This document shows, piece after piece, positions 7,383 through 15,385 of a stretch of DNA of 51,148 nucleotides. The translations under genes were made by a program, and so were the position numbers. Source of the stretch: Candidatus Nomurabacteria bacterium RIFCSPLOWO2_01_FULL_42_20 (GTDB lineage: Bacteria > Patescibacteriota > Minisyncoccia > Phycocordibacterales > CAZVEC01); NCBI GenBank assembly GCA_001785965.1, contig MFVF01000030.1:1-51148 (forward strand). The letters run 5' to 3'. The notes beneath the pieces are model-generated. The model saw only the letters and a program-made list of their open reading frames with translations, did not search any database and was not told where the DNA came from. The first letter of the stretch is position 1; every line of letters begins with the position of its first letter.

Positions 7383-9230
7383 ATGGAAATCAGAAATATC
7401 GCCATCATTGCTCACGTTGACCATGGTAAGACGACCTTGACCGATGCCTTGCTCAAACAAAGCGGCATGGTGGAGGAAGGTTTTACTATGGACATAAACA
7501 AGCTCGAACAAGAGCGGGGTATTACTATTTACTCAAAAAACACTTCGCTTTTTTATCCCTCGATCCATTCGACTAGCGCTCAGGATGGTGAGCAGGGTCG
7601 AACCACAAGCTCTGAATCTTCGCAAGCTACGACTAAAATTAACATCGTTGATACGCCCGGCCACGCCGACTTCGGTTCGGAAGTCGAGCGCGTTCTGCGG
7701 GCCATAGATTCGGTTCTGCTTGTCGTTGACGCGGGGGAAGGCCCTATGCCGCAGACTCGTTTTGTTCTGAAAAAATCACTCGAGCTCGGGCTTAAACCAA
7801 TTGTTGTAATAAATAAAATAGATAAACCTGCCGCTAGGCCCGAAAAAGTCCACGAAGAAATTCTGGAGCTTTTTCTTGAACTCGGAGCAAATGAGGAACA
7901 GCTTGATTTCAAAACAATATACGCCATCGGTAGACAGGGTATTGCTAAAAGGAACTTAAGCGACCAATCAACTAATTTAAACCCTCTGCTTGATCTTATT
8001 TTAGAACAAGTGCCCTCCGCCTCAACTAAGACAGAAAATGATTTTGTGGCTCAAGTTTTTAACTTGGCTTACGACAATTTCTTGGGCCGGTTGGCGATCG
8101 TCCGCATATACGGCGGCAAGATAAAATCCGGCGAGCAGATTTTTGTTAAAAAAGCTATAACTAATGAAACGCGCAAAGCAAAGATAACAAAACTTTTCAC
8201 TTTCGAAGGGATGTCCAGAAAAGATGTGCCGGAAGTCTCGGCCGGAGATATTGTCATCATCGCCGGTATTCCGGATATCTACATTGGAGAAACTATTACT
8301 AGCAACGAGAATGAAATTGCCTTGCCCTCTATTGCGATTGACGAGCCGACCATCTCTCTTAATTTCTTGGTCAACGATTCTCCCTTTGCCGGTCAAGACG
8401 GAAAATTTGTAACTTCCAGGCAGATCAAAGAAAGATTGGAGAAAGAACTTGAAGTAAATGTGGGTTTGAAAGTAGACTTTTCCGCCTTCGGCGGAAAAGT
8501 CTCCGGCCGAGGCGAGCTTCATATTGCCGTCTTGCTTGAAAACATGCGCAGAGAAGGCTATGAGCTTCAGGTTTCCCAGCCGCAAGTGATCATCAAGGAA
8601 ACAGATGGCAAAAAATTCGAACCATATGAAGAAGTTATTATCGATGTGCCTGAAGAAACATCTGGCGCAGTCATAGAAAAAATTACAAAGCGCCGGGGCG
8701 TTATGCAAGAAATGAATAAAAAAGAGGGAATCATGCATCTGCGCTTTGAAATGCCGACCAGGGGGCTTTTGGGCTACAAGAGCCAGTTTATAATTGATAC
8801 TAAGGGCGAAGGGATACTTTCTTCGCGCGTCATCGGCTTCAAGCCGCATGCCGGCGAGATCAAGAAGAGGGAAGTCGGGTCAATGACTTCAATGGAGAAA
8901 GGAACGGCGGTCGCCTTCGCTTTGGATAATCTCCAGAATCGAGGTATTATTTATATTGAACCGGGCACGGAAGTTTATGAGGGCATGGTCATCGGCAATG
9001 TACTCAAAGGCGACGAGATGGCGGTCAATCCGACAAAAGGTAAACAGCTCACTAATGTCCGCGCTTCCGGCACTGATGAAGCGATATTTCTAAAACCGGC
9101 CTATCTGCTCACAATCGAACGCGGCCTTGAAATCATGGCGGGAGACGAATATCTTGAAGTTACGCCGAAGAATGTGCGCTTGCGCAAAAAATTCCTGACC
9201 GAGCGCGACCGCGCCAAGGCCGTTCGATAA
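7383..9230 (+). CDS. typA: Translational GTPase TypA/BipA
   Basis: AIIAHVDHGKTTLTD, DTPGHADFGSEVER, NKIDK, and a C-terminal BipA-type region. Carries an extra segment of about 23-25 aa between KNT and INIVDTPGH. Confidence 0.9.
   Translation: MEIRNIAIIAHVDHGKTTLTDALLKQSGMVEEGFTMDINKLEQERGITIYSKNTSLFYPSIHSTSAQDGEQGRTTSSESSQATTKINIVDTPGHADFGSEVERVLRAIDSVLLVVDAGEGPMPQTRFVLKKSLELGLKPIVVINKIDKPAARPEKVHEEILELFLELGANEEQLDFKTIYAIGRQGIAKRNLSDQSTNLNPLLDLILEQVPSASTKTENDFVAQVFNLAYDNFLGRLAIVRIYGGKIKSGEQIFVKKAITNETRKAKITKLFTFEGMSRKDVPEVSAGDIVIIAGIPDIYIGETITSNENEIALPSIAIDEPTISLNFLVNDSPFAGQDGKFVTSRQIKERLEKELEVNVGLKVDFSAFGGKVSGRGELHIAVLLENMRREGYELQVSQPQVIIKETDGKKFEPYEEVIIDVPEETSGAVIEKITKRRGVMQEMNKKEGIMHLRFEMPTRGLLGYKSQFIIDTKGEGILSSRVIGFKPHAGEIKKREVGSMTSMEKGTAVAFALDNLQNRGIIYIEPGTEVYEGMVIGNVLKGDEMAVNPTKGKQLTNVRASGTDEAIFLKPAYLLTIERGLEIMAGDEYLEVTPKNVRLRKKFLTERDRAKAVR
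7557..7631 (+). repeat. In-frame insertion in the TypA G domain (approximate limits)
   Basis: Encodes PSIHSTSAQDGEQGRTTSSESSQAT, which has no counterpart in the remembered BipA spacing (8 residues between KNT and INIVD; 31 here). The 5' part CATTCGAC-AGC...GCTCAG resembles the flanks of the hairpin element at 21506-21560. Confidence 0.5.
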
Positions 9231-9294
9231 GGATTAGTTTAAATAATTATGAAAAATGCCTTGAAGCACGAGGAAAAATGATGAAATAAATCTT

Positions 9295-9795
9295 ATGGCG
9301 GAATACGAAGCTACAACAAAAGATAACAAATGTGTTTTCTGCGAAATAGTTGCGGGGAATATTAAAACGCCCGGATTGTTTTGGGAGAATGAAGAATTTA
9401 TGGCTTGGCTTGCCATTGACCCTAATACAAAAGGGTTTACGTGCGTCATTCCAAAGCAACATTTTGGAAGCGATGTTTTGAAAATGCCAGATGATGTTTT
9501 ACAAAGATTTATAATCGCTTCCAAAAAAGTTGCTGGCATACTTGAAAACTATTTTGACGATGTTGGGCGAGTTGGACTGATGATGGAGGGAACAGGAATT
9601 GACCACGCACACATTAAACTTGTTCCGCTCCACGGAACAGAAAACCTAAAGAAAGGTGTTTGGAAGCAAGTTTTGAGTAGTAAAGAATTTTGGTTTGATA
9701 AATACGAGGGTTGGATTTCTTCTGGAAGCGGACCAATGGCTGACCCTGAAGAATTGAAAAAACTTGCTTCCGAACTTATTAATAGCCAGAAATAG
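9295..9795 (+). CDS. HIT family protein
   Basis: N-terminal CVFCEIVAG and the histidine-triad region GIDHAHIKLVP (the third His position is Lys). Confidence 0.7.
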   Translation: MAEYEATTKDNKCVFCEIVAGNIKTPGLFWENEEFMAWLAIDPNTKGFTCVIPKQHFGSDVLKMPDDVLQRFIIASKKVAGILENYFDDVGRVGLMMEGTGIDHAHIKLVPLHGTENLKKGVWKQVLSSKEFWFDKYEGWISSGSGPMADPEELKKLASELINSQK

Positions 9796-9799
9796 AATT

Positions 9800-10435
9800 A
9801 TGAAAATCACAAAATTTGGACATTGTTGCTTGTTGATTGAAGAAAACGGAGTCAGAATTTTGACTGACCCTGGAACTTACTCAATGCAACAGAGCGAAGT
9901 AAAAAATATTGATTTTGTGCTAATCACGCACGAACACGCTGACCATCTTCATATTGAATCACTCCAAGCGCTTTTGAAAAATAATCCCCAAGCAAAAGTT
10001 ATCACTAACAAAAGTGTTGGTGCGCTTTTGGAAAAAGAAAATATTGCTTTCAGCATAGTAGAAGACGGTCAAAATTATGACGCAAATGGAGTTTTGATTG
10101 AGGGATTTGGAAAGGATCATGCCCTCATGCACACTTCCATTCCGCCAATCCAAAATACCGGCTATTTTATCGCTAACAAACTCTTTTACCCCGGTGATGC
10201 TTTCACTAATCCAGGAAAACAAGTTGAGGTTTTGGCTCTGCCTGTTGCGGGACCCTGGATGAGATTGCTAGAGGCGATTGATTATGCGCTTGAAATCAAA
10301 CCGAAAACTTGTTTTCCTGTCCATGAGGGCATTTTGAAACAGCCCGGCTCTACGCACGTTATACCGCCTAAAGTGCTAGAGCCGAATGGGATAAAATTCG
10401 TGGTTCTAGAAATTGATAAGGAACACGAATTTTAA
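9800..10435 (+). CDS. MBL-fold metallo-hydrolase
   Basis: FGHCCLLIE...ILTDPG...ITHEHADH...PGDAF...PVHEG. Confidence 0.8.
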   Translation: MKITKFGHCCLLIEENGVRILTDPGTYSMQQSEVKNIDFVLITHEHADHLHIESLQALLKNNPQAKVITNKSVGALLEKENIAFSIVEDGQNYDANGVLIEGFGKDHALMHTSIPPIQNTGYFIANKLFYPGDAFTNPGKQVEVLALPVAGPWMRLLEAIDYALEIKPKTCFPVHEGILKQPGSTHVIPPKVLEPNGIKFVVLEIDKEHEF

Positions 10436-10482
10436 GCGGTAAAAAAATTTTGGGCCTCCCGTGAGAACTTAAATAAAAAAAA

Positions 10483-10506
10483 CCGTTCCGACCTAGGTCG
10501 GAACGG
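10483..10506. terminator. Hairpin between convergent genes (perfect 11-bp arms)
   Basis: CCGTTCCGACC-ta-GGTCGGAACGG. An A-run lies on the + side, which is a T-run for the minus-strand gene ending at 10509. Confidence 0.7.
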
Positions 10507-10508
10507 GG

Positions 10509-11426
10509 TTAAAATAATTCTATTTGATTTGTTTTCTTTTTCTTCTTTGGCCATGGAAAAGAGCTCATGTAGGGAGCTTTGTCAAAATCGTGATTAAGGC
10601 AGATGAAGTAAACTTGACCGCCGCGAATATATTTGCTCTTAGCGGCAATATTGCTTCGGGCAATTCGCCATACCTTTCTTTTGGGCATGGAAAAATGGAT
10701 TACCATGTCGGCTTTAGTTTCTTTGTCTTCTTCATCTTCCTTTATCACCTTGCTGACAAAAACAATGTCCAACTCTCTGCTTTCCAATTTTCTGAAAATT
10801 TCTGCGTACTCTTCCCGTTCTTTTTTGTTTTTAGGCCGGCCAATCACCGCTTCTGTTTTCAATTTATGGACGTTATTGAAATAACACTTGAAGCTCTCTG
10901 CGGTGCTTTTCTGGTTTACAAATACCACCGTGGCAAAATCTTTCCACATTGGGTACATGGGATCAACAGTTAAAAACAGAAGATCGCGAACCTTGGGATG
11001 GGGGGAGGTATCACAATTAACCAAGTCGCGTATTTTTCTGAACCGTTCATCTTTAAAAAGTTTTTTGGCAGACGATTTTCCTTTCTCTTTTTCCATATCT
11101 ACATAATCAATAAATGCCTCATAACCTTCCACCAAACATAATTCATAAGAGCGATAGATTTTCATGTAGTAGCCATAGTCAAGACCAAATCCATAAGAAC
11201 CGTTATCGAATGAACATTGATTCGCGATGAAGCCAATTTCTTTTTGGGAAAACAAATCTGATTTTGGCGGCTGGCGAAAAAAACCTTTAAGGGGAGTAGC
11301 AGCTTCTTTGATGAGATCTTGAAAGAGTTCATCAATTGTCTTCAAAGTGGGATTAAGCGAAACTATCCGACAATGCTCTCTTTCCCGATCATTTTGGGAC
11401 GAAATGACAGAATTAGGATTAATCAT
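10509..11426 (-). CDS. Hypothetical protein, 305 aa
   Basis: Long ORF that is the only convincing frame here. Its C-terminal third (ELDIVFVSKV...ADMVIHFSMPKRKVWRIARSNIAAKS..GGQVYFIC) loosely resembles a degenerate helicase C-terminal domain. Confidence 0.6.
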   Translation of the reverse strand: MINPNSVISSQNDREREHCRIVSLNPTLKTIDELFQDLIKEAATPLKGFFRQPPKSDLFSQKEIGFIANQCSFDNGSYGFGLDYGYYMKIYRSYELCLVEGYEAFIDYVDMEKEKGKSSAKKLFKDERFRKIRDLVNCDTSPHPKVRDLLFLTVDPMYPMWKDFATVVFVNQKSTAESFKCYFNNVHKLKTEAVIGRPKNKKEREEYAEIFRKLESRELDIVFVSKVIKEDEEDKETKADMVIHFSMPKRKVWRIARSNIAAKSKYIRGGQVYFICLNHDFDKAPYMSSFPWPKKKKKTNQIELF

Positions 11427-11527
11427 AATATTTTGTTTTTTAAAGAAGTTAAGAACTTTACTTTAAACCATTTTTTGCTAAAAGTCAAAACCATCGTTCG
11501 GGGGCCTTTAAAAAAGGGAAAAATTCT

Positions 11528-11604
11528 TTTTTGGGGGTGTCTCGCAGGCCGACGGGCCGAGAGGCAGCGCTCTGCCAGCAGGCAGAGACAGCGACCCCCA
11601 AAAA
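11528..11604. repeat. Intergenic GC-rich imperfect palindrome
   Basis: TTTTTGGGGGT (11528-11538) pairs with ACCCCCAAAAA (11594-11604). Inner hairpin GGCAG-cgct-CTGCC (11563-11576). GC-rich island in an AT-rich spacer. Confidence 0.7.
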
Positions 11605-11668
11605 GAGTTTTTCTCTTTTTTAACAGAAAAATTTCAAACTACTAATAAAATGATATATGGATTACCAT

Positions 11669-11732
11669 ATATCAACTGCGTTCGGATGTTGTGTAAGTGA
11701 TTACACTTCCACACATCCTCACTTGTTGATAT
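11669..11732 (+). promoter_or_regulatory. 64-nt imperfect hairpin with GTGATTACAC apex, overlapping a -10 box
   Basis: ATATCAAC (11669-11676) pairs with GTTGATAT (11725-11732). Apex GTGATTACAC at 11697-11706. TGATATAAT (extended -10) at 11727-11735, with the ATG at 11742. Confidence 0.45.
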
Positions 11733-11741
11733 AATAACAAA

Positions 11742-12086
11742 ATGGGTATTTTGGATTTATTTTTTATAAAAAGGAAGGTTAAGGAGGGAATTCAAAATCC
11801 GGGCGGATTTGTTGTTGAACAAGCCACCGATTTCATCAAAGGATATTTAATTGTCGGCACTGTCATTTCCGCAGTTTTCCTGATACTTATCGGATTATTC
11901 GCCTTCAGCCCTTGGCTCGGCGGGCCGTTTCAAGCAGCCAAATTTATTTTTTGGATATTATTGATCATAGTTATCTCAAGCGAGTTTGTTTTCATTTCTC
12001 TTTTTTTGAGAATCAAAAGAAGTTTTAGAAAGCAAGCAGACAAGGCAGCCTTAAAGATAAAGGCTAAGATTGTAAATAAAAAATAA
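11742..12086 (+). CDS. Small membrane protein (2 TM), hypothetical
   Basis: 114-aa ORF with two long hydrophobic segments and a basic C-terminal tail. Confidence 0.55.
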   Translation: MGILDLFFIKRKVKEGIQNPGGFVVEQATDFIKGYLIVGTVISAVFLILIGLFAFSPWLGGPFQAAKFIFWILLIIVISSEFVFISLFLRIKRSFRKQADKAALKIKAKIVNKK

Positions 12087-12092
12087 TATAAT

Positions 12093-12163
12093 CGGGCCAT
12101 CGGATAGTGGTAGTCTACACGCATGGGGTGTGTGCGGCGGCAGTTCGATTCTGCCTGGCCCGA
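12093..12163 (+). tRNA. tRNA-Pro, anticodon GGG
   Basis: Acceptor CGGGCCA/TGGCCCG, anticodon arm CACGC-ATGGGGT-GTGTG with G37, T arm GGCAG-TTCGATT-CTGCC. Followed by the hairpin AAACTTGAA-ctgc-TTCAAGTTT. Confidence 0.8.
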
Positions 12164-12214
12164 AAACTTGAACTGCTTCAAGTTTTCGCCGGTTCTAAAA
12201 AATAATATAATTTT

Positions 12215-12763
12215 ATGAAAAAAGTTTTAACAATTTTGATTTTATTATTAGCGATAATTGTCATTGCTTTATTTATAATTTCCAAAAAACCGGAAGTTAT
12301 GAAAGAAAGCAGTGTCTTAAGCAATATGAAAATAGAAAGTACGGCATTTCAAAATAATCAATCCATTCCGTCGCTCTACACTTGCGACGGGGCAAACATT
12401 AATCCGCCTTTAACTTTTAGCGATATTCCGGCGGGAGCAAAAAGTCTTGCCTTAATCATGGACGACCCCGACGCGCCGATGGGCACTTGGGATCACTGGA
12501 TTATTTTTAATATTCCACCTGAAACCAAAGAAATAAAAGAGGGGCTTGTGCCAGAGGGCGTTTTAGGTGTAACTTCTTTCCGAAAAACCGGCTATGGCGG
12601 ACCTTGCCCGCCGGACAGGGAACATAGATATTTCTTCAAGCTCTACGCTCTTGATACAATACTTAATCTTCCCGAAGGCTCTTCGAAAAAAGAAGTCGAA
12701 GTCGCCATGTCCGGCCATATTATTGCTCAGGCAGAATTGGTGGGGAAATATAATAGGAAATAA
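12215..12763 (+). CDS. YbhB/YbcL (PEBP) family protein with N-terminal membrane anchor
   Basis: MDDPDAP...WDHW...GYGGPCPP..EHRYFFKLYALD. Confidence 0.85.
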   Translation: MKKVLTILILLLAIIVIALFIISKKPEVMKESSVLSNMKIESTAFQNNQSIPSLYTCDGANINPPLTFSDIPAGAKSLALIMDDPDAPMGTWDHWIIFNIPPETKEIKEGLVPEGVLGVTSFRKTGYGGPCPPDREHRYFFKLYALDTILNLPEGSSKKEVEVAMSGHIIAQAELVGKYNRK

Positions 12764-12780
12764 AGAAATAAAAATAGCCG

Positions 12781-13725
12781 CTATAAAGCGGCTAAATTTT
12801 CTTTGAGTAGCTGTTCCAATTTTAATGATTCCGATAAAATTTTCCCTGCTTCATGCATCTTAGCGCGATAAGATGGATCTTTTTCCATTAGGTTTCTGCA
12901 TCTCTTGATACCATGGAGAACCGTAGCATGAGTTCTTTTGCCAACCAGTTCACCTATTTTAGAAAGTAGGAAAAAATTTTTATCATAAGAACGGCAGAAA
13001 AAATAAAACGCAAATCTCGCTCCCACAATCGCTCCTTCTCGGCTTCTGCTTTTTATTATCTTTTTTGAAATTAAAAATACCCGATCAAAAAATGCCCGAT
13101 CAATTGACAGATAAAGTACTTCAACAAAGATATCCTGATGGACAGAAAATTTTTCTTTGTTTAAATTGTCCAAATTAATCTTGATCTCAGAATAACTTGG
13201 TACAATTTTTTTAGGAGCAATTTTTTCAGCAACACTCTTAATTGAATCAGTCACAGCTTGAGTTGAAACTGGCCACCTTCCATCAATTATTATTTTTGCT
13301 TTTGAATACAAAGAAGAGTACTTGTTGTCAAATCGGCCTTGATAGTTTCTGTGTCGTCTGAATAAATAACCTGCGTAAAAGAGAGGCGAGCGCCGACTTT
13401 TATCAATAAAAAATCTGTCAAGCGAGTGATGGTAGACAAATCGTGGATGTCTGTCCAAAATCAGAGCAATAAGCATTATTCGGCCATATGATAAATTATG
13501 ATTCCAAGTATTTTCTTTGTTGAGAAAAGTCGGTAAATCAAAATTTATAAGTTCTGAAATTACTTGAGCGGCCTGATTTGCTGTCTCGCATACCGTTCCG
13601 AACAATTTTTCGTCCTTAACAATGAATTTTTTTGAAGCCAAGTCAAAGAATGATGTTTCGGATTCATTTTGGTTTTGATGCTGATATTTAGTTTTCATAA
13701 GTGCTATGGATTTAAGAATTTTCAA
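12781..13725 (-). CDS. Protein with a DnaA domain-IV-like C-terminus and no AAA+ module
   Basis: The C-terminal 90 aa or so follow the DnaA DNA-binding domain pattern: SRSREGAIVGARFAFYFFCRSY...LSKIGELVGKRTHATVLHGIKRCRNLMEKD. The N-terminal 220 aa or so are unrecognisable, with no Walker motifs. Confidence 0.6.
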   Translation of the reverse strand: MKILKSIALMKTKYQHQNQNESETSFFDLASKKFIVKDEKLFGTVCETANQAAQVISELINFDLPTFLNKENTWNHNLSYGRIMLIALILDRHPRFVYHHSLDRFFIDKSRRSPLFYAGYLFRRHRNYQGRFDNKYSSLYSKAKIIIDGRWPVSTQAVTDSIKSVAEKIAPKKIVPSYSEIKINLDNLNKEKFSVHQDIFVEVLYLSIDRAFFDRVFLISKKIIKSRSREGAIVGARFAFYFFCRSYDKNFFLLSKIGELVGKRTHATVLHGIKRCRNLMEKDPSYRAKMHEAGKILSESLKLEQLLKENLAAL

Positions 13726-13790
13726 TTCTTAAACTAACATAAAATAAAGAAATTGTCTAACTTATTTTTTTATTTTCCACCTCAACCCTA

Positions 13791-13812
13791 ATTCGTACGA
13801 ATAGGTAAATAG
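13791..13812. promoter_or_regulatory. Operator-like site, upstream copy of a 22-bp inverted repeat
   Basis: ATTCGTACGAATAGGTAAATAG contains the perfect 12-bp palindrome ATTCGTACGAAT. A near-copy, ATTCGTATGAA (13831-13841), overlaps the arsR-like start codon. Confidence 0.55.
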
Positions 13813-13836
13813 GGAAGATAGTGATATGATATTCGT

Positions 13837-14097
13837 ATGAAAGAGCATGAAAAAATATTAAAAGCTCTGGCTAATCGCAGACGATTGCAGATTTTAAAGT
13901 ATCTTAAGGATAAAAAATTGGCGACAGTCACGCTTCTTGCGGAGCATATAAAGCTGTCTTTCAAATCTACATCAAAACATCTTGCCATATTGTTCGGAGC
14001 GGGGATTGTGGACAAAGAACAGAAGAGTCTTTCCATGTTTTATTCTCTGGCCAATCCTTTGCCAAAACTTGCAAAACAAGTGATTGATCTTATTTAA
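13837..14097 (+). CDS. ArsR/SmtB family winged-HTH regulator
   Basis: ALANRRRLQILKYL...VTLLAEHIKLSFKSTSKHLAILFGAGIV. Confidence 0.8.
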   Translation: MKEHEKILKALANRRRLQILKYLKDKKLATVTLLAEHIKLSFKSTSKHLAILFGAGIVDKEQKSLSMFYSLANPLPKLAKQVIDLI

Positions 14098-14117
14098 TTT
14101 AAAAAACTTTATTTATT

Positions 14118-14139
14118 CTATTTACCTATTCGTACGAAT
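14118..14139. promoter_or_regulatory. Operator-like site, downstream inverted copy
   Basis: CTATTTACCTATTCGTACGAAT is the exact reverse complement of 13791-13812. Confidence 0.55.
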
Positions 14140-14244
14140 AAGCCAATAACAATAAAATGCACAATCATGCAGTTTTTTGGTTTGCGCTAAAATAGGAAAT
14201 AAAAAATTTAAGCCGATCCTCAAAAATTATGCTAAAATTGAATC

Positions 14245-14973
14245 ATGTCTAAATTTTATGTAGTGGCGACGCCGATAGGGAACTTGGAGGATATTACTTT
14301 AAGAGCATTGAGGGTGCTTAAAGAGGTTGATTTGATTTTATGCGAAGACACAAGAGTGACAAAAAAATTACTTGACCATTACGCCATCAAAAAGCCGCTT
14401 CTAAGCTATCACGAACATAGCAAGCTCGCCAAAATTGATTCTATTTTGAAAGAACTAAAAACCGGCAAAAATATCGCCTTGGTTTCAGACGCCGGCACGC
14501 CAGCCATTTCTGATCCGGGTTCTTTTTTAATTTCCAAGATTAAGGCTAAATTCAGCAAAACTGAATCGCCCGACCTTTCGACAGAAAGGTTTAGGGAGAA
14601 ATTTGGCGACGATGTTCAAATTATTCCTATCCCGGGGCCAAGCGCCTTGATTACAGCTCTGTCAGCAAGCGGCATTCCGTCATCTGAATTTACCTTCTTG
14701 GGCTTCCTGCCGCACAAGAAGGGCCGGGAAACGCTTTTTAAAGAAATTGCCGAGGCTAAGCGCACGATGGTCTTCTACGAATCCCCGCATAGGATTTTAA
14801 AAACTCTGGAATCCCTCCAAAAATTCGCTCCGAATAAGAAAGTCTGCATCGCCCGCGAGCTCACCAAAATTTATGAAGAATTCAAGACCGGCACACCTTT
14901 GGAGCTTCTTGCTTATTTTTCTTTGAATCCCGATAAAGTCAGAGGAGAATTTACTGTGCTTGTAAGCTCATAA
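14245..14973 (+). CDS. rsmI: 16S rRNA (cytidine1402-2'-O)-methyltransferase
   Basis: YVVATPIGNLEDITLRAL..L..VDLILCEDTR, SDAGTPAISDPG, IPGPSA, FLGFLP.K, ARELTK, and a C-terminal RGEFTVLV. About 20 extra aa lie between DPG and PGPSA. Confidence 0.9.
   Translation: MSKFYVVATPIGNLEDITLRALRVLKEVDLILCEDTRVTKKLLDHYAIKKPLLSYHEHSKLAKIDSILKELKTGKNIALVSDAGTPAISDPGSFLISKIKAKFSKTESPDLSTERFREKFGDDVQIIPIPGPSALITALSASGIPSSEFTFLGFLPHKKGRETLFKEIAEAKRTMVFYESPHRILKTLESLQKFAPNKKVCIARELTKIYEEFKTGTPLELLAYFSLNPDKVRGEFTVLVSS
14546..14594 (+). repeat. Two-hairpin element inside rsmI (in-frame insertion region)
   Basis: CTAAA (14546-14550) pairs with TTTAG (14590-14594), enclosing TTCAG-caaaa-CTGAA (14551-14565) and ACCTTT-cgacag-AAAGGT (14573-14590). 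Confidence 0.5.
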
Positions 14974-15247
14974 AATAAAAAAACTGTTCCCAAAAGATTT
15001 AATGCTTTACTTTTCGGCATATGCTGAAAAACGAAACAGAGACTAAAAACCATGACTTGCCGTGGGCTCAAAAATTTATTATCTCATTATCCAAGCGATC
15101 GCTGAGTTAACGAGACACTTCTTTGGGCTTGCCTGAAGCCCTTTGATTGTTGAACTGGGTTAATAATTACTTGTGTTTTTTTGTCTTTTTGATATATTTA
15201 ATATAAAATGAACATTAACAATTTAGTACATATACATACATAAAACT

Positions 15248-15385
15248 ATGGCCAAAAAACAATCCAGATCATATGGAGATCAAAAAAAGACCACCAACAA
15301 ATGGACCCAAAGGGAGCGTGATCAATTTTTTTTCAAAGCATGTCTTGCTAATGTCTTACGAGATGAACACCTCGCTGATGATTAG
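15248..15385 (+). CDS. Possible 45-aa basic small protein
   Basis: Encodes MAKKQSRSYGDQKKTTNKWTQRERDQFFFKACLANVLRDEHLADD, followed by a GGGGGAC/GTCCTCC hairpin with a T-run (about 15425-15451). No homology can be judged by eye. Confidence 0.25.
   Translation: MAKKQSRSYGDQKKTTNKWTQRERDQFFFKACLANVLRDEHLADD

Noticed and set aside
7557-7631. Intein or mobile intron as the explanation for the in-frame inserts in typA, rplI, rsmI and copA
   Set aside because: The inserts are only 50-80 nt, far too short for inteins, and lack the Cys/Ser...His-Asn splice-junction residues. They are DNA/RNA palindromes, not protein domains.
8022-8849. 275-aa minus-strand ORF inside typA
   Set aside because: It is fully antisense to a confidently identified GTPase. 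Its composition is Phe/Lys/Asn-rich, as expected from the antisense of an AT-rich gene.
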